DNA of 55,650 nucleotides, taken from contig JAUWYA010000002.1 of NCBI GenBank assembly GCA_030616085.1, positions 1-55,650 of the forward strand, given 5' to 3'. The notes under the pieces are model-generated. The model saw nothing but the letters and a program-made list of their open reading frames with translations. It ran no database searches and was not told where the DNA came from. Below are positions 37,703-45,678 of the stretch, piece after piece (position 1 is the stretch's first letter; every line of letters starts with the position of its first letter). Origin of the DNA: Candidatus Nealsonbacteria bacterium. Its GTDB lineage: Bacteria; Patescibacteriota; Minisyncoccia; Minisyncoccales; GWA2-38-27. A program made the translations under genes and the position numbers.

Positions 37703-37918
37703 CTATTTTGGCCATTTGAAATACTTTCTGTGTTGCGAGGGTATGAATTCTAACAAAAAGCCGTGAGTTGCTTTCAATCCTTGACTTGCGATTTCAGAAC
37801 CAACAGTATCTTTTATATCTTGTTGAAGCTCTTCGCTCAAATCAGAGATAGTCATTGCCCTTTTTTTTATCTGGTCATTGATACGACTTAATAGAACATC
37901 TTGTTGAATTTCCGCCAT
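37703..37918 (-). CDS. Small hypothetical protein
   Basis: AAAGGAG SD upstream; terminator-like hairpin at ~37664-37690 downstream. Confidence 0.6.
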   Translation of the reverse strand: MAEIQQDVLLSRINDQIKKRAMTISDLSEELQQDIKDTVGSEIASQGLKATHGFLLEFIPSQHRKYFKWPK

Positions 37919-37944
37919 CTTATATCTCCTTTCTCGAGATTAGA

Positions 37945-38217
37945 TTATTTATGTTCTTTAATCAAAAATAAACACTTAAGAAACTTTTTGAATTTCTTAA
38001 TTCCTTCTTTCGTAAATCCTAAGGTGAAATGAACTGTAAGACCAAATAGTATTCCTGTAATCCATAATATCTCCCCGATTATCTTGTGGCTTATGCTCGG
38101 ATCTTGAAGATAGGAAAGACCAGTTAACGCAACAGTAAGGCCTAATGTCGTTGCTCCTATCCATTTCGTTACGAACCAAGAAATAGATAGACAAAACCAT
38201 ATATCTTTAATTTTCAT
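37945..38217 (-). CDS. Small membrane protein
   Basis: Start set at MKIKDIW with AAGGAGG SD; two hydrophobic segments. Confidence 0.55.
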   Translation of the reverse strand: MKIKDIWFCLSISWFVTKWIGATTLGLTVALTGLSYLQDPSISHKIIGEILWITGILFGLTVHFTLGFTKEGIKKFKKFLKCLFLIKEHK

Positions 38218-38362
38218 TTTCAGCCTCCTTTCTATTTTTAGCCATCTTTTTCGCATAACGATTTTCAGCAATTCGTATTATTAGTGCTGCCCCACCAAAA
38301 ATTAGAACATAACATATAACGACAGAAACTAACATTACTAATATAGTTAATAAGGTTTTCAT
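38207..38362 (-). CDS. 51-aa single-TM protein (not in ORF track)
   Basis: MKTLLTILVMLVSVVICYVLIFGGAALIIRIAENRY...; AAGGAG SD and TTGACA-17-TAATAT promoter (38420-38448). Confidence 0.5.
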   Translation of the reverse strand: MKTLLTILVMLVSVVICYVLIFGGAALIIRIAENRYAKKMAKNRKEAENEN

Positions 38363-38451
38363 TTCTATTCTCCTTTTATCGAATATTAAGTTTTCAAATA
38401 ACTGTTTTAAACTATGTCGATATTACCATAGGTATTTATAAATGTCAAATA

Positions 38452-38652
38452 AAAATCGGCTCGAACCATGAGATTGCGAACCGAAAACTTACGATTTCTT
38501 TCAAAAAACCCTGGAATTACCTTTATTTTTTTTCCGCCGAGGCGCGGGGCGCCGAGGCGGTATTATACGACGATGACACAAATTCAAGAATGTGGTCAAT
38601 TTTGAATAAAGTTAGAACTTTTTATCAACAAAATCCAAATGATGATTTTTAA
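38452..38652 (+). pseudogene. C-terminal remnant of a putative large serine recombinase
   Basis: KIGSNHEIANRKLTISFKKPWNYLYFFSAEARGAEA...SRMWSILNKVRTFYQQNPNDDF*; part duplicated next to tRNA-Ala; family assignment from recalled motif resemblance only. Confidence 0.55.
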
Positions 38653-38781
38653 ACGGCTCTGAAAAAGCGCCAGCCCCTTTTTCAGAGCCGGGTCCAGCAA
38701 AGCTGGACAACAGGCGGGCAAAAATTCATTTCCCCCAGATTTACCCCGTAGGAAGCCCGCAGGCTTTCCTTTGGGGCGCCC

Positions 38782-38852
38782 TTTTCTTTTTGCCCGTTGT
38801 TAGCCGAGCCGAAAAATTTTTGTATCGTTGCGCTTTGCCAACGATTTTTTTT
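38782..38852 (+). repeat. Island spacer repeat, copy 2
   Basis: TTTTTGCCCGTTGTTAGCCGAGCCGAAAAATTTTTGTATCGTTG..CAACGATTTT. Confidence 0.75.
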
Positions 38853-38911
38853 ATTCGCTTTTTTAATACTCTGTCCCCTTGGAAAAATGTTGAATATTTA
38901 CTCATCCTTAA

Positions 38912-40021
38912 TTAATCTTTAAAATTATGCCTAAGAGATTTTTTAATTGCTTCATCTTCTTTTAAAGTTTCTCTTAATAAATTATATTTTCTCACAGCAG
39001 GACAAGCCAGTGATGCTTGTTTATCTTTTCCTAAATTAAAACTTCTACAAGGTTTACAATCATCTTTATATTTACACGAAGTACATGGAACATATTCTTG
39101 ACTTTTCATATTCCTTATTTCTATCAATTTTGGATCGGTTTTCCATATCTTTTCCAAATTAAAATCTTTATTCCTAATATTCCCAATAATTCTATCTAAT
39201 GGACAACTACATGTTCCTATGCTTCCGTCATGGAAAATTCCTAGTCTGTTAATACCACACAAGGCAGGATAAGTTTGTTCCTCTTTCCATTCTGATGAAA
39301 GATAATGAAAAAAACTGTGATTTGGTCTTATTTTTGAACTATATTTCTTTTTTAAATCTAAAAAGATATCAATTGCCCTATAGTGTTCTTCTGGAGTTAA
39401 ATCATATAGTTTGTCTTGTTCTTTTATCCCAGAAGGAATATATTTATGAAACATTGCTTCATCTACGTCTAATTCTTCTATAGCGAATTTAATAGTTTTA
39501 GCAAAATATGACAAACTTCTTTTAGTTATAGGAGTAAATGATTTTATAATAATTCCTTCTTTTTTAAAATTATGAAATGCTCTAATTATAGATTCCCAAT
39601 CTTTTTCTCCTCTTGGATCTTTTCTTTCCATAGAATGAGTTTCATAATCATATCCACCCAAACTTATTCTTACTATATTTAATCTAGCTTTTTTTAATTG
39701 AATTATGGTCTCCTTGTTTGCCAAATAGCCATTTGTAAATAAACTTGACTGAGTTCCTTTCTTGCTTGAATAAGAAATTATCTCTAAAACAGCCTTCTTC
39801 TGCAATAATGCTTCTCCTCCACTAATTTGAATCCTCTTTAAACCTAATGGTATTGCTTGATCTATAACATTCTTGATTTCTTTAACCGTCAAAATGTTTT
39901 TGATAGAAAAAGCACGTTCTTTTCCTAAACATTTTATATTTTTTTCATAAAAACAATAAAGACAATGAGAAGGACAAATTTCTGTTATTGCAAAAACAAT
40001 GTCTGTTAGTTTTTCTTTCAT
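38912..40021 (-). CDS. Radical SAM/SPASM domain protein
   Basis: CPSHCLYC, ISGGEAL, FTNG, C-terminal CG...C..CTSCKYKDDCKPC. Confidence 0.92.
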   Translation of the reverse strand: MKEKLTDIVFAITEICPSHCLYCFYEKNIKCLGKERAFSIKNILTVKEIKNVIDQAIPLGLKRIQISGGEALLQKKAVLEIISYSSKKGTQSSLFTNGYLANKETIIQLKKARLNIVRISLGGYDYETHSMERKDPRGEKDWESIIRAFHNFKKEGIIIKSFTPITKRSLSYFAKTIKFAIEELDVDEAMFHKYIPSGIKEQDKLYDLTPEEHYRAIDIFLDLKKKYSSKIRPNHSFFHYLSSEWKEEQTYPALCGINRLGIFHDGSIGTCSCPLDRIIGNIRNKDFNLEKIWKTDPKLIEIRNMKSQEYVPCTSCKYKDDCKPCRSFNLGKDKQASLACPAVRKYNLLRETLKEDEAIKKSLRHNFKD

Positions 40022-40087
40022 AAATAATTTCGATTATGCTAGTTATTGAATAAAATCTGAACTTATTTTAAAAATATATAATAATAC

Positions 40088-40126
40088 TTTTTTTGCCTGT
40101 TGTTGGCCGAGCCAAAAAAATTTTGG
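40088..40126 (+). repeat. Island spacer repeat, partial copy 3
   Basis: TTTTTGCCTGTTGTTGGCCGAGCCAAAAAAATTTTG. Confidence 0.6.
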
Positions 40127-40251
40127 GTCACTTTTTCAATCCTTAAAATTGCAGTGTATAACATCGGGCTTAAACGAAGTTACAACCGTAGGGAGCAACT
40201 TGAGAAAATGCCGAGCTGAGACATTTTCCGCAAAGTAAATTTTGGCACGCG

Positions 40252-40896
40252 CTACCCTTTCTTAGAAGAGAATATGTGAAACATTTTTCCACTTATTGAT
40301 TCATTTATTTTAAAACCTGCTTTATCAAGAATACTTCTTATTTCATCTTTGCTGAATTGTTCAGAAATAGCATTGTCTTTATTAAATCTAACAAGCCCTT
40401 TTTTTCTATCGAGAATTGTATAACCACCATCATAGTGCCGATATGTTTCTTCTCTTGAAGACAATGCGTTTTCATTAAATACGCTGAAAATAAATTTTCC
40501 GTCATCTTTAAGAATTCTTTTAATCTCAGACAAAACTCTGAATTTAGACTCTCCAAAATTACAAAATGTCAATCCTATAAAAACAACATCAAAAGTTTTA
40601 TTTTTAAAATGTGTTTTCTCTGCATCTTCAAGATATACTTCTACATTTTTAATATTATCTAAGAGTTCTTTTGAGAGTTCTATCGCTTCTGGATCATTAT
40701 CAATTCCTACAAATTTTTTAACGTATGGGGCTAATTCTTTAATTATTCTGCCAGAGCCCGAACCGATATCTAGTGTAATTGATTCTTTTGAGATATTGTT
40801 TTTCAGAAAATTTTTTTCAGCAATAAAGTATTCTTGATAGTCTTTTGGAGGATTTTTTACAGTTTGTTCCCATATATCAATAGTTCTACTCTTCAT
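40252..40896 (-). CDS. Class I SAM-dependent methyltransferase
   Basis: LDIGSGSG, VGIDND, FDVV, RILKDDGKF. Confidence 0.9.
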   Translation of the reverse strand: MKSRTIDIWEQTVKNPPKDYQEYFIAEKNFLKNNISKESITLDIGSGSGRIIKELAPYVKKFVGIDNDPEAIELSKELLDNIKNVEVYLEDAEKTHFKNKTFDVVFIGLTFCNFGESKFRVLSEIKRILKDDGKFIFSVFNENALSSREETYRHYDGGYTILDRKKGLVRFNKDNAISEQFSKDEIRSILDKAGFKINESISGKMFHIFSSKKG

Positions 40897-40990
40897 AGTT
40901 TTAAGATAAATGACGTATTCAATAGAGTTTACTCTTCAAGCATGCCAAAATTTATTTCACTTAACAAGTTTTAAGCACACTTATTTAAAA

Positions 40991-41051
40991 CCTGCTAATA
41001 GTCGAGCCGAAAAATTTTTGTATCGTTACGCAAAGCGCAACGATTTTTTTT
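40991..41051 (+). repeat. Island spacer repeat, copy 4
   Basis: CGAGCCGAAAAATTTTTGTATCGTT..CGCAACGATTTT. Confidence 0.75.
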
Positions 41052-41079
41052 GTTTTACGATTTTTTTAGTTTTTAACAC

Positions 41080-41190
41080 TTGACAAAGGGTATCAGTTTG
41101 CTATACTGACAATGTCTTTCGGTTCTGCCATAGAACCGTTAGGGTTATACATCCTAGGGCCATCCTCTTAGCTGAGGGTGGTTTTGTTTT
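41080..41190 (+). ncRNA. Candidate small structured RNA with its promoter, convergent on the NYN gene
   Basis: TTGACA-16-TATACT with TG; hairpins CGGTTCT/AGAACCG, TAGG/CCTA, CCATCCTC/GAGGGTGG plus T-run; no ORF. Confidence 0.5.
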
Positions 41191-41773
41191 ACTCTTTTGC
41201 GCGATGTTTTAAATCTTTACCCCAAAGTTCATTTATTTTTTTTAAATCAAAATAGCCATTCCCGCCTGTTTTTAATTCGTGAGAAATATTGTCTTTTGAT
41301 GAAAAAATATAAACCTTTTTGCCGTGATTTTTCAAATAATTTACCAATGCTAAAAAGTCAGCATCACCACTAAATAAAATAGCTACATCGTATTTGTTTA
41401 TATTATGTAGAGCATCAATCGTTATCTCTACATCCATATTCCCTTTTTCTATAACAGATTCTCCACTCTCGCTAATAATAGAGATTCTCTTTAACTCCTT
41501 TTTTCTTACGGTAAAACCAAGACCTTTCTTAAGATATGTATAAAATTTATGCTTTCCATCTAAGTTGTAATCTCTTGTTCCTTCTTTTGGGTAAGCGTCA
41601 TAGTAAAAAATTTCAACTTTGCTGGTATTAAAATTATTCTTAAAATAATCTTTGAGTTTTTTATATTCAATAAACTTCTTAATTGATTTTACGGCATTCC
41701 AAACATTTGAAGCATCAATAAAAACATAAATTACATTCTCATTTTCTATTTCTTTGTTTTTTTGATTAAACAT
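41189..41773 (-). CDS. NYN/LabA-DUF88 (PIN-like) domain protein
   Basis: VFIDASN, EKGNMDVEITID, LFSGDADF. Confidence 0.92.
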   Translation of the reverse strand: MFNQKNKEIENENVIYVFIDASNVWNAVKSIKKFIEYKKLKDYFKNNFNTSKVEIFYYDAYPKEGTRDYNLDGKHKFYTYLKKGLGFTVRKKELKRISIISESGESVIEKGNMDVEITIDALHNINKYDVAILFSGDADFLALVNYLKNHGKKVYIFSSKDNISHELKTGGNGYFDLKKINELWGKDLKHRAKE

Positions 41774-41893
41774 ATTATTCCCAAAGATAAGATCAATTTT
41801 TTGATTTTTTAAAACGCCTAATTCCCTGTTTAGAAGTGAAGCGTTCTCTATTTCTAACTGAAGGTTGGGAATTAAATATTAGATTAAAAATTA

Positions 41894-42379
41894 CTAGTAT
41901 TGAACTTTGTCAGTTTTTTCTTCCCACTCCTTAAAAACCTGAAGCGCTTCTTCTCTCATCATTTGTTTAATAGGCAGTCTTCTTCTATCTAATGGTCTCT
42001 CTAGCTCTTGATATATAAAATGGTCGTCAAACCCAACTCGGGCAGCATCTTCTTCCGTATTTGCATAATACACCTTATCAAGTCTCGCCCAATAAATTGC
42101 ACCTAGACACATTGGACACGGCTCACAAGATGTGTATAATTCGCAACCTGTAAGCTGGAACGTTTTTAGCTTTTGACAAGCCTTTCGTATTGCAACAACT
42201 TCAGCGTGAGCAGTCGGATCGTTTGTAGATGTTACCTTATTAAATCCTTTGGCAATAATAACACCGTTTTTTACCACAACTGCACCAAATGGGCCGCCTT
42301 TATTCGCACGCATCATCTCCAGAGAAAGTTTTATGGCCTCAGCCATAAATTTATTCCTTTGATCCTTCTTTTTTTTCAT
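41894..42379 (-). CDS. guaD: Guanine deaminase-like zinc-dependent deaminase
   Basis: GGPFGAVVV, DPTAHAEV, SCEPCPMCLGAIYWA, GFDD.FIY; start set at MKKKKDQ. Confidence 0.85.
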   Translation of the reverse strand: MKKKKDQRNKFMAEAIKLSLEMMRANKGGPFGAVVVKNGVIIAKGFNKVTSTNDPTAHAEVVAIRKACQKLKTFQLTGCELYTSCEPCPMCLGAIYWARLDKVYYANTEEDAARVGFDDHFIYQELERPLDRRRLPIKQMMREEALQVFKEWEEKTDKVQY

Positions 42380-42422
42380 ATATCTTACTATAACAAAAAA
42401 TCGCCGTTTTGGCGATTTTTTT

Positions 42423-42507
42423 GGAATTACCTTTATTTTTTTTCCGCCGAGGCGCGGGGCGCCGAGGCGAATGGGCATAAAAACGACGAAAATTCAAGAA
42501 TGTGGAC
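42423..42507 (+). repeat. Direct repeat of 38513-38595 abutting the tRNA-Ala 3' end (att-like)
   Basis: GGAATTACCTTTATTTTTTTTCCGCCGAGGCGCGGGGCGCCGAGGCG and AAATTCAAGAATGTGG occur at both sites. Confidence 0.85.
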
Positions 42508-42573
42508 CCAGTGGGAGTCGAACCCACGATTCGTCCGTGCCACGGACGTGTTTTACCACTATACTATGGGCCC
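42503..42573 (-). tRNA. tRNA-Ala(GGC)
   Basis: GGGCCCA/TGGGTCC acceptor stem with G3:U70, anticodon GGC, TTCGA T-loop; CCA not encoded. Confidence 0.93.
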
Positions 42574-42604
42574 AAAAATAGAAGAGCAGTTTTAATACGA
42601 ATCA

Positions 42605-43345
42605 CTACTCTTCTTCATCAGCTAATTTTAAAAGGCTTAATGCTACTTCTTGAGTTATTTCTTCTTTGTTATTTCCTTTAATGTGAATAGGTTTTCCAAT
42701 TTTTACTGTTACACAATTCGAAAAGTTTGGCAAACAATGATATAGTTTATCTCGTTTGTTTGGCAAAACTTTTTCTGCTCCATCAATCCAAACAAATACA
42801 ACCAGAGGATTAGTTTTTAAAATAAGCCAACCAACCCCTTCTTTTAATTTTCTTATTTTTTTACCTTTTTCACTGTAGAAAAATTTCTCTCCCTTGAAAG
42901 TTCTTCCTGCTTCTGCAAAAAGAGCAACTATACCACCTAGATTAAGAATTTCTTTGATTCGCCTAAGAGCTTTAAAAGCTTTGCGAACGTTTTCTCTATC
43001 AATAGGAATTAATCTTATTTTTGCCCAAACCCAATACCAACGATCAAAATAGTTTTTTTTATCTGGGATATTCCATGGACTAAAATCAAATGGATGTAAA
43101 ATATAGTCCCTGAAAAACAAAACAGGTACTAAAACTACTTCTAACAAAGAAGGATGGTTTGAAACAATCAATACTTTTTTCTGTTTTTTAGGAAAACGTT
43201 CCCAATGTTGAACTTTAATCCCCCATCCAGCATAAACCCAATTCAAAAATCTTAAAAAATACAAAAGTAATCCTAATAAAAGTCCTATTGTGTATATCGT
43301 TAGCACAATAAGAATTTTATCTCGTTTGCTATCTATTCCTTTCAT
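42605..43345 (-). CDS. Lysophospholipid acyltransferase (PlsC-like)
   Basis: SNHPSLLE, PIDR, FAEAGRT, KIGKPI. Confidence 0.8.
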   Translation of the reverse strand: MKGIDSKRDKILIVLTIYTIGLLLGLLLYFLRFLNWVYAGWGIKVQHWERFPKKQKKVLIVSNHPSLLEVVLVPVLFFRDYILHPFDFSPWNIPDKKNYFDRWYWVWAKIRLIPIDRENVRKAFKALRRIKEILNLGGIVALFAEAGRTFKGEKFFYSEKGKKIRKLKEGVGWLILKTNPLVVFVWIDGAEKVLPNKRDKLYHCLPNFSNCVTVKIGKPIHIKGNNKEEITQEVALSLLKLADEEE

Positions 43346-43395
43346 TTTTTATCCTTTCAAAATGTAAATGAGCTAAATACTGTTTATATATTACC

Positions 43396-44130
43396 CTATA
43401 TTTTAAACTTGTCAAACGGTTTAGGAATTATAACTTTAACTTTTTTGCTTGAAATATTTTTCTTGTTTAATTCTTTTCTTAAATCTCTATGAATATGCGT
43501 TAATGCTAAACATTTAACATTACTCCTTTCAGCCATTTTGATTAAATCAATCATACAAGCATGGCCTTCTCTTTTTTCATCATATAAATAAGCTTCATGT
43601 ATTACTAAGTCAGAATTTTTATATAATTCCTCTGTCTTTTCATTAAATCCTCCGTCACCGCTATAACACAGTGATTTCTTGTTATCATCTATTTTTATTG
43701 CGAAATTACTTATAGAATGCGCTGTTGGCGCAAACAATAATTTTAAATCGTTAAATTGAATAGTTTGTTCTTCTTCAACTTTCATGAAATTTATTTCAAA
43801 TCCAAGTTTAGAATAAAGATTTTTATAACCGTAATTAACAATATCTTTAATAGTTTTAGTATTCTGGCAAATAATAGTTAAAGCTTTTTTCCTTCCTTCT
43901 TCTTTCATCCTGTATAGTAAGGCAGGAATACCAAAATAATGGTCAGCATGTGTATGACTAATATAAACTGCATCTAAGAATGACTGATCATTATTAAATT
44001 TCCATAATTGGGTAGGAGTCGTACAGCCGCAATCTAATAACAAATTTGTTTTATCAGAAATTACCAAAACCGAGTTATTCGGCATGTTTTCATCAAACGC
44101 CTCCCCTGTTCCTAAAAATATAACTTTCAT
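43396..44130 (-). CDS. MBL-fold hydrolase, RNase Z-like
   Basis: MKVIFLGTG, LLDCG, SHTHADH, YSGD, IHEA, LTHI. Confidence 0.85.
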   Translation of the reverse strand: MKVIFLGTGEAFDENMPNNSVLVISDKTNLLLDCGCTTPTQLWKFNNDQSFLDAVYISHTHADHYFGIPALLYRMKEEGRKKALTIICQNTKTIKDIVNYGYKNLYSKLGFEINFMKVEEEQTIQFNDLKLLFAPTAHSISNFAIKIDDNKKSLCYSGDGGFNEKTEELYKNSDLVIHEAYLYDEKREGHACMIDLIKMAERSNVKCLALTHIHRDLRKELNKKNISSKKVKVIIPKPFDKFKI

Positions 44131-44176
44131 ATATTTTATTATACCTAAAAATCGCCTGTTTAACAATTGTTTATGT

Positions 44177-44401
44177 TTAAAAAAACCGCATTCGTTTTAA
44201 AATGCGGCGTATTAGTTCTTTAATTCTATGGCCGACTATGGTTATCAACGAAGTATTGTTTAAACAGAAAGACAAACCATTTTGGTATGCTGTTTTTAAT
44301 TCTTTCACATACTCTCCATAAGCACAGGTTTCTGGATTTTTGCTACAACGACAAGTCTTATGAATAGTACTGTCAACACATTGATAATATCTACATAACA
44401 T
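44177..44401 (-). CDS. Small Cys-rich hypothetical protein
   Basis: AAGGAG SD upstream; 74 aa with six Cys. Confidence 0.4.
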   Translation of the reverse strand: MLCRYYQCVDSTIHKTCRCSKNPETCAYGEYVKELKTAYQNGLSFCLNNTSLITIVGHRIKELIRRILKRMRFF

Positions 44402-44467
44402 TTTATCTCCTTTTTAAAGAACCTTTTTTAAGGTACTACGAGAACAGTTCTCATAGTAATTTCATTG

Positions 44468-44538
44468 TACCCCCAGAAGGAATCGAACCCTCGTCAACTG
44501 GTTAAAAGCCAGGTGCTTTGCCACTAAGCTATGGGGGC
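44468..44538 (-). tRNA. tRNA-Lys(UUU)
   Basis: GCCCCCA/TGGGGGT acceptor, GCTT/AAGC D-stem, CT-TTT-AA anticodon loop, TTCGATT T-loop. Confidence 0.93.
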
Positions 44539-44539
44539 T

Positions 44540-45592
44540 CTACAGCCCTTCTTCTTGCAGTTTATTTAATAACACTTTTTGCTCTTTTGTCAAGTGCTTT
44601 GGGGTTTTAACAATCAGCTCAATATACAAGTTTCCTCTGCCAAATCCAGAAAAGCGAGGAATGCCTTTGCCAGAAATCCTTAAAACTTTTCCTGACTCTA
44701 AACCTGAAGGAACTTTTAGCAATATCTTGCCTTCTAAGGTAGGTATATCAATTTTATCTCCTAAAACTGCTTGAGAAAAAGAAATTGGCTGGGAAATAAG
44801 CAAATCATCTCCTTGCCTGTGAAAAACTGGATGTTTTTTCACTAATATTCTAACGTATAGATTTCCTGGTTCTCCGCCTCTTTTTCCAGATTCTCCTTTT
44901 TCAGCAACTTTTATTACTTGATTTGAATCAACCCCAGCCGGGATAAAAATCTTAATATCTTCATTTCCCTTAACCCTTCCTTCTCCTTTGCAAACATTGC
45001 AGGGTTTTTCCGGCTTTTGGCCTTCGCCTTTGCATTCAGGACAAATAGTCCAATGAGTAACAGATCCTAAGAAAGTTCTTTTTATTTGTTGAACTTCACC
45101 TGTGCCTCTGCAGGAAAAACACTCATTTAAAGATGTGCCTTGTTCAGCTCCTGTGCCTTGACAGCGAGAACAGATAATTTGTTTCTGTAAGCTAATTTCC
45201 TTAGTTATGCTTTTTAAAGTTTGTTCCAAGGAAATTTCAATATCAATTTTAATGTCTCTGCCTTTCTTAAGGTTTGTTTTTCTTCCTCTTCTTCCAAAAC
45301 CAAACATATTCTCAAACATCTCGCTCAAATCTCCCAAATCAAACTCTATGTTAGGTTCTGATGGAGAATTCCCCCAGTTCCAATTCATATCTCCTGTACT
45401 GCCAAACGTGTCATACTGAGTTCTTTTCTCTTTATTGGAAAGAACCTGGTATGCTTCGTTTATCTCTTTAAACTTATTCTCGTCACCGCCTTTATGAGGA
45501 TGATGCTTATGAGCTAATTTATGAAAAGCTCTTTTAACATCCTCTTGAGAAGCATCTTTGCTAATGCCTAAAATTTTGTAGTAATCCTTCAT
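44540..45592 (-). CDS. dnaJ: Chaperone DnaJ
   Basis: DYYKILG J-domain, four CxxCxGxG repeats; the HPD motif reads HPH. Confidence 0.95.
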   Translation of the reverse strand: MKDYYKILGISKDASQEDVKRAFHKLAHKHHPHKGGDENKFKEINEAYQVLSNKEKRTQYDTFGSTGDMNWNWGNSPSEPNIEFDLGDLSEMFENMFGFGRRGRKTNLKKGRDIKIDIEISLEQTLKSITKEISLQKQIICSRCQGTGAEQGTSLNECFSCRGTGEVQQIKRTFLGSVTHWTICPECKGEGQKPEKPCNVCKGEGRVKGNEDIKIFIPAGVDSNQVIKVAEKGESGKRGGEPGNLYVRILVKKHPVFHRQGDDLLISQPISFSQAVLGDKIDIPTLEGKILLKVPSGLESGKVLRISGKGIPRFSGFGRGNLYIELIVKTPKHLTKEQKVLLNKLQEEGL

Positions 45593-45678
45593 AAAGAATT
45601 CTTAATTATCAATTTATAATATATTATTGTTTGAAAATTAAGAAATTATAACGTTCAATAAAAATTAGAAATTAGAAA

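Noticed and set aside
38744-38776. CCCCGTAGG...TTGGGG hairpin as another MITE copy
   Set aside because: TIRs match the family poorly and there is no 4-bp duplication
42173-42595. 140-aa plus-strand ORF and the N-terminal extension of the deaminase ORF to 42478
   Set aside because: Antisense to the deaminase and tRNA; only the 42423-42505 part is meaningful, as a recombinase-like remnant
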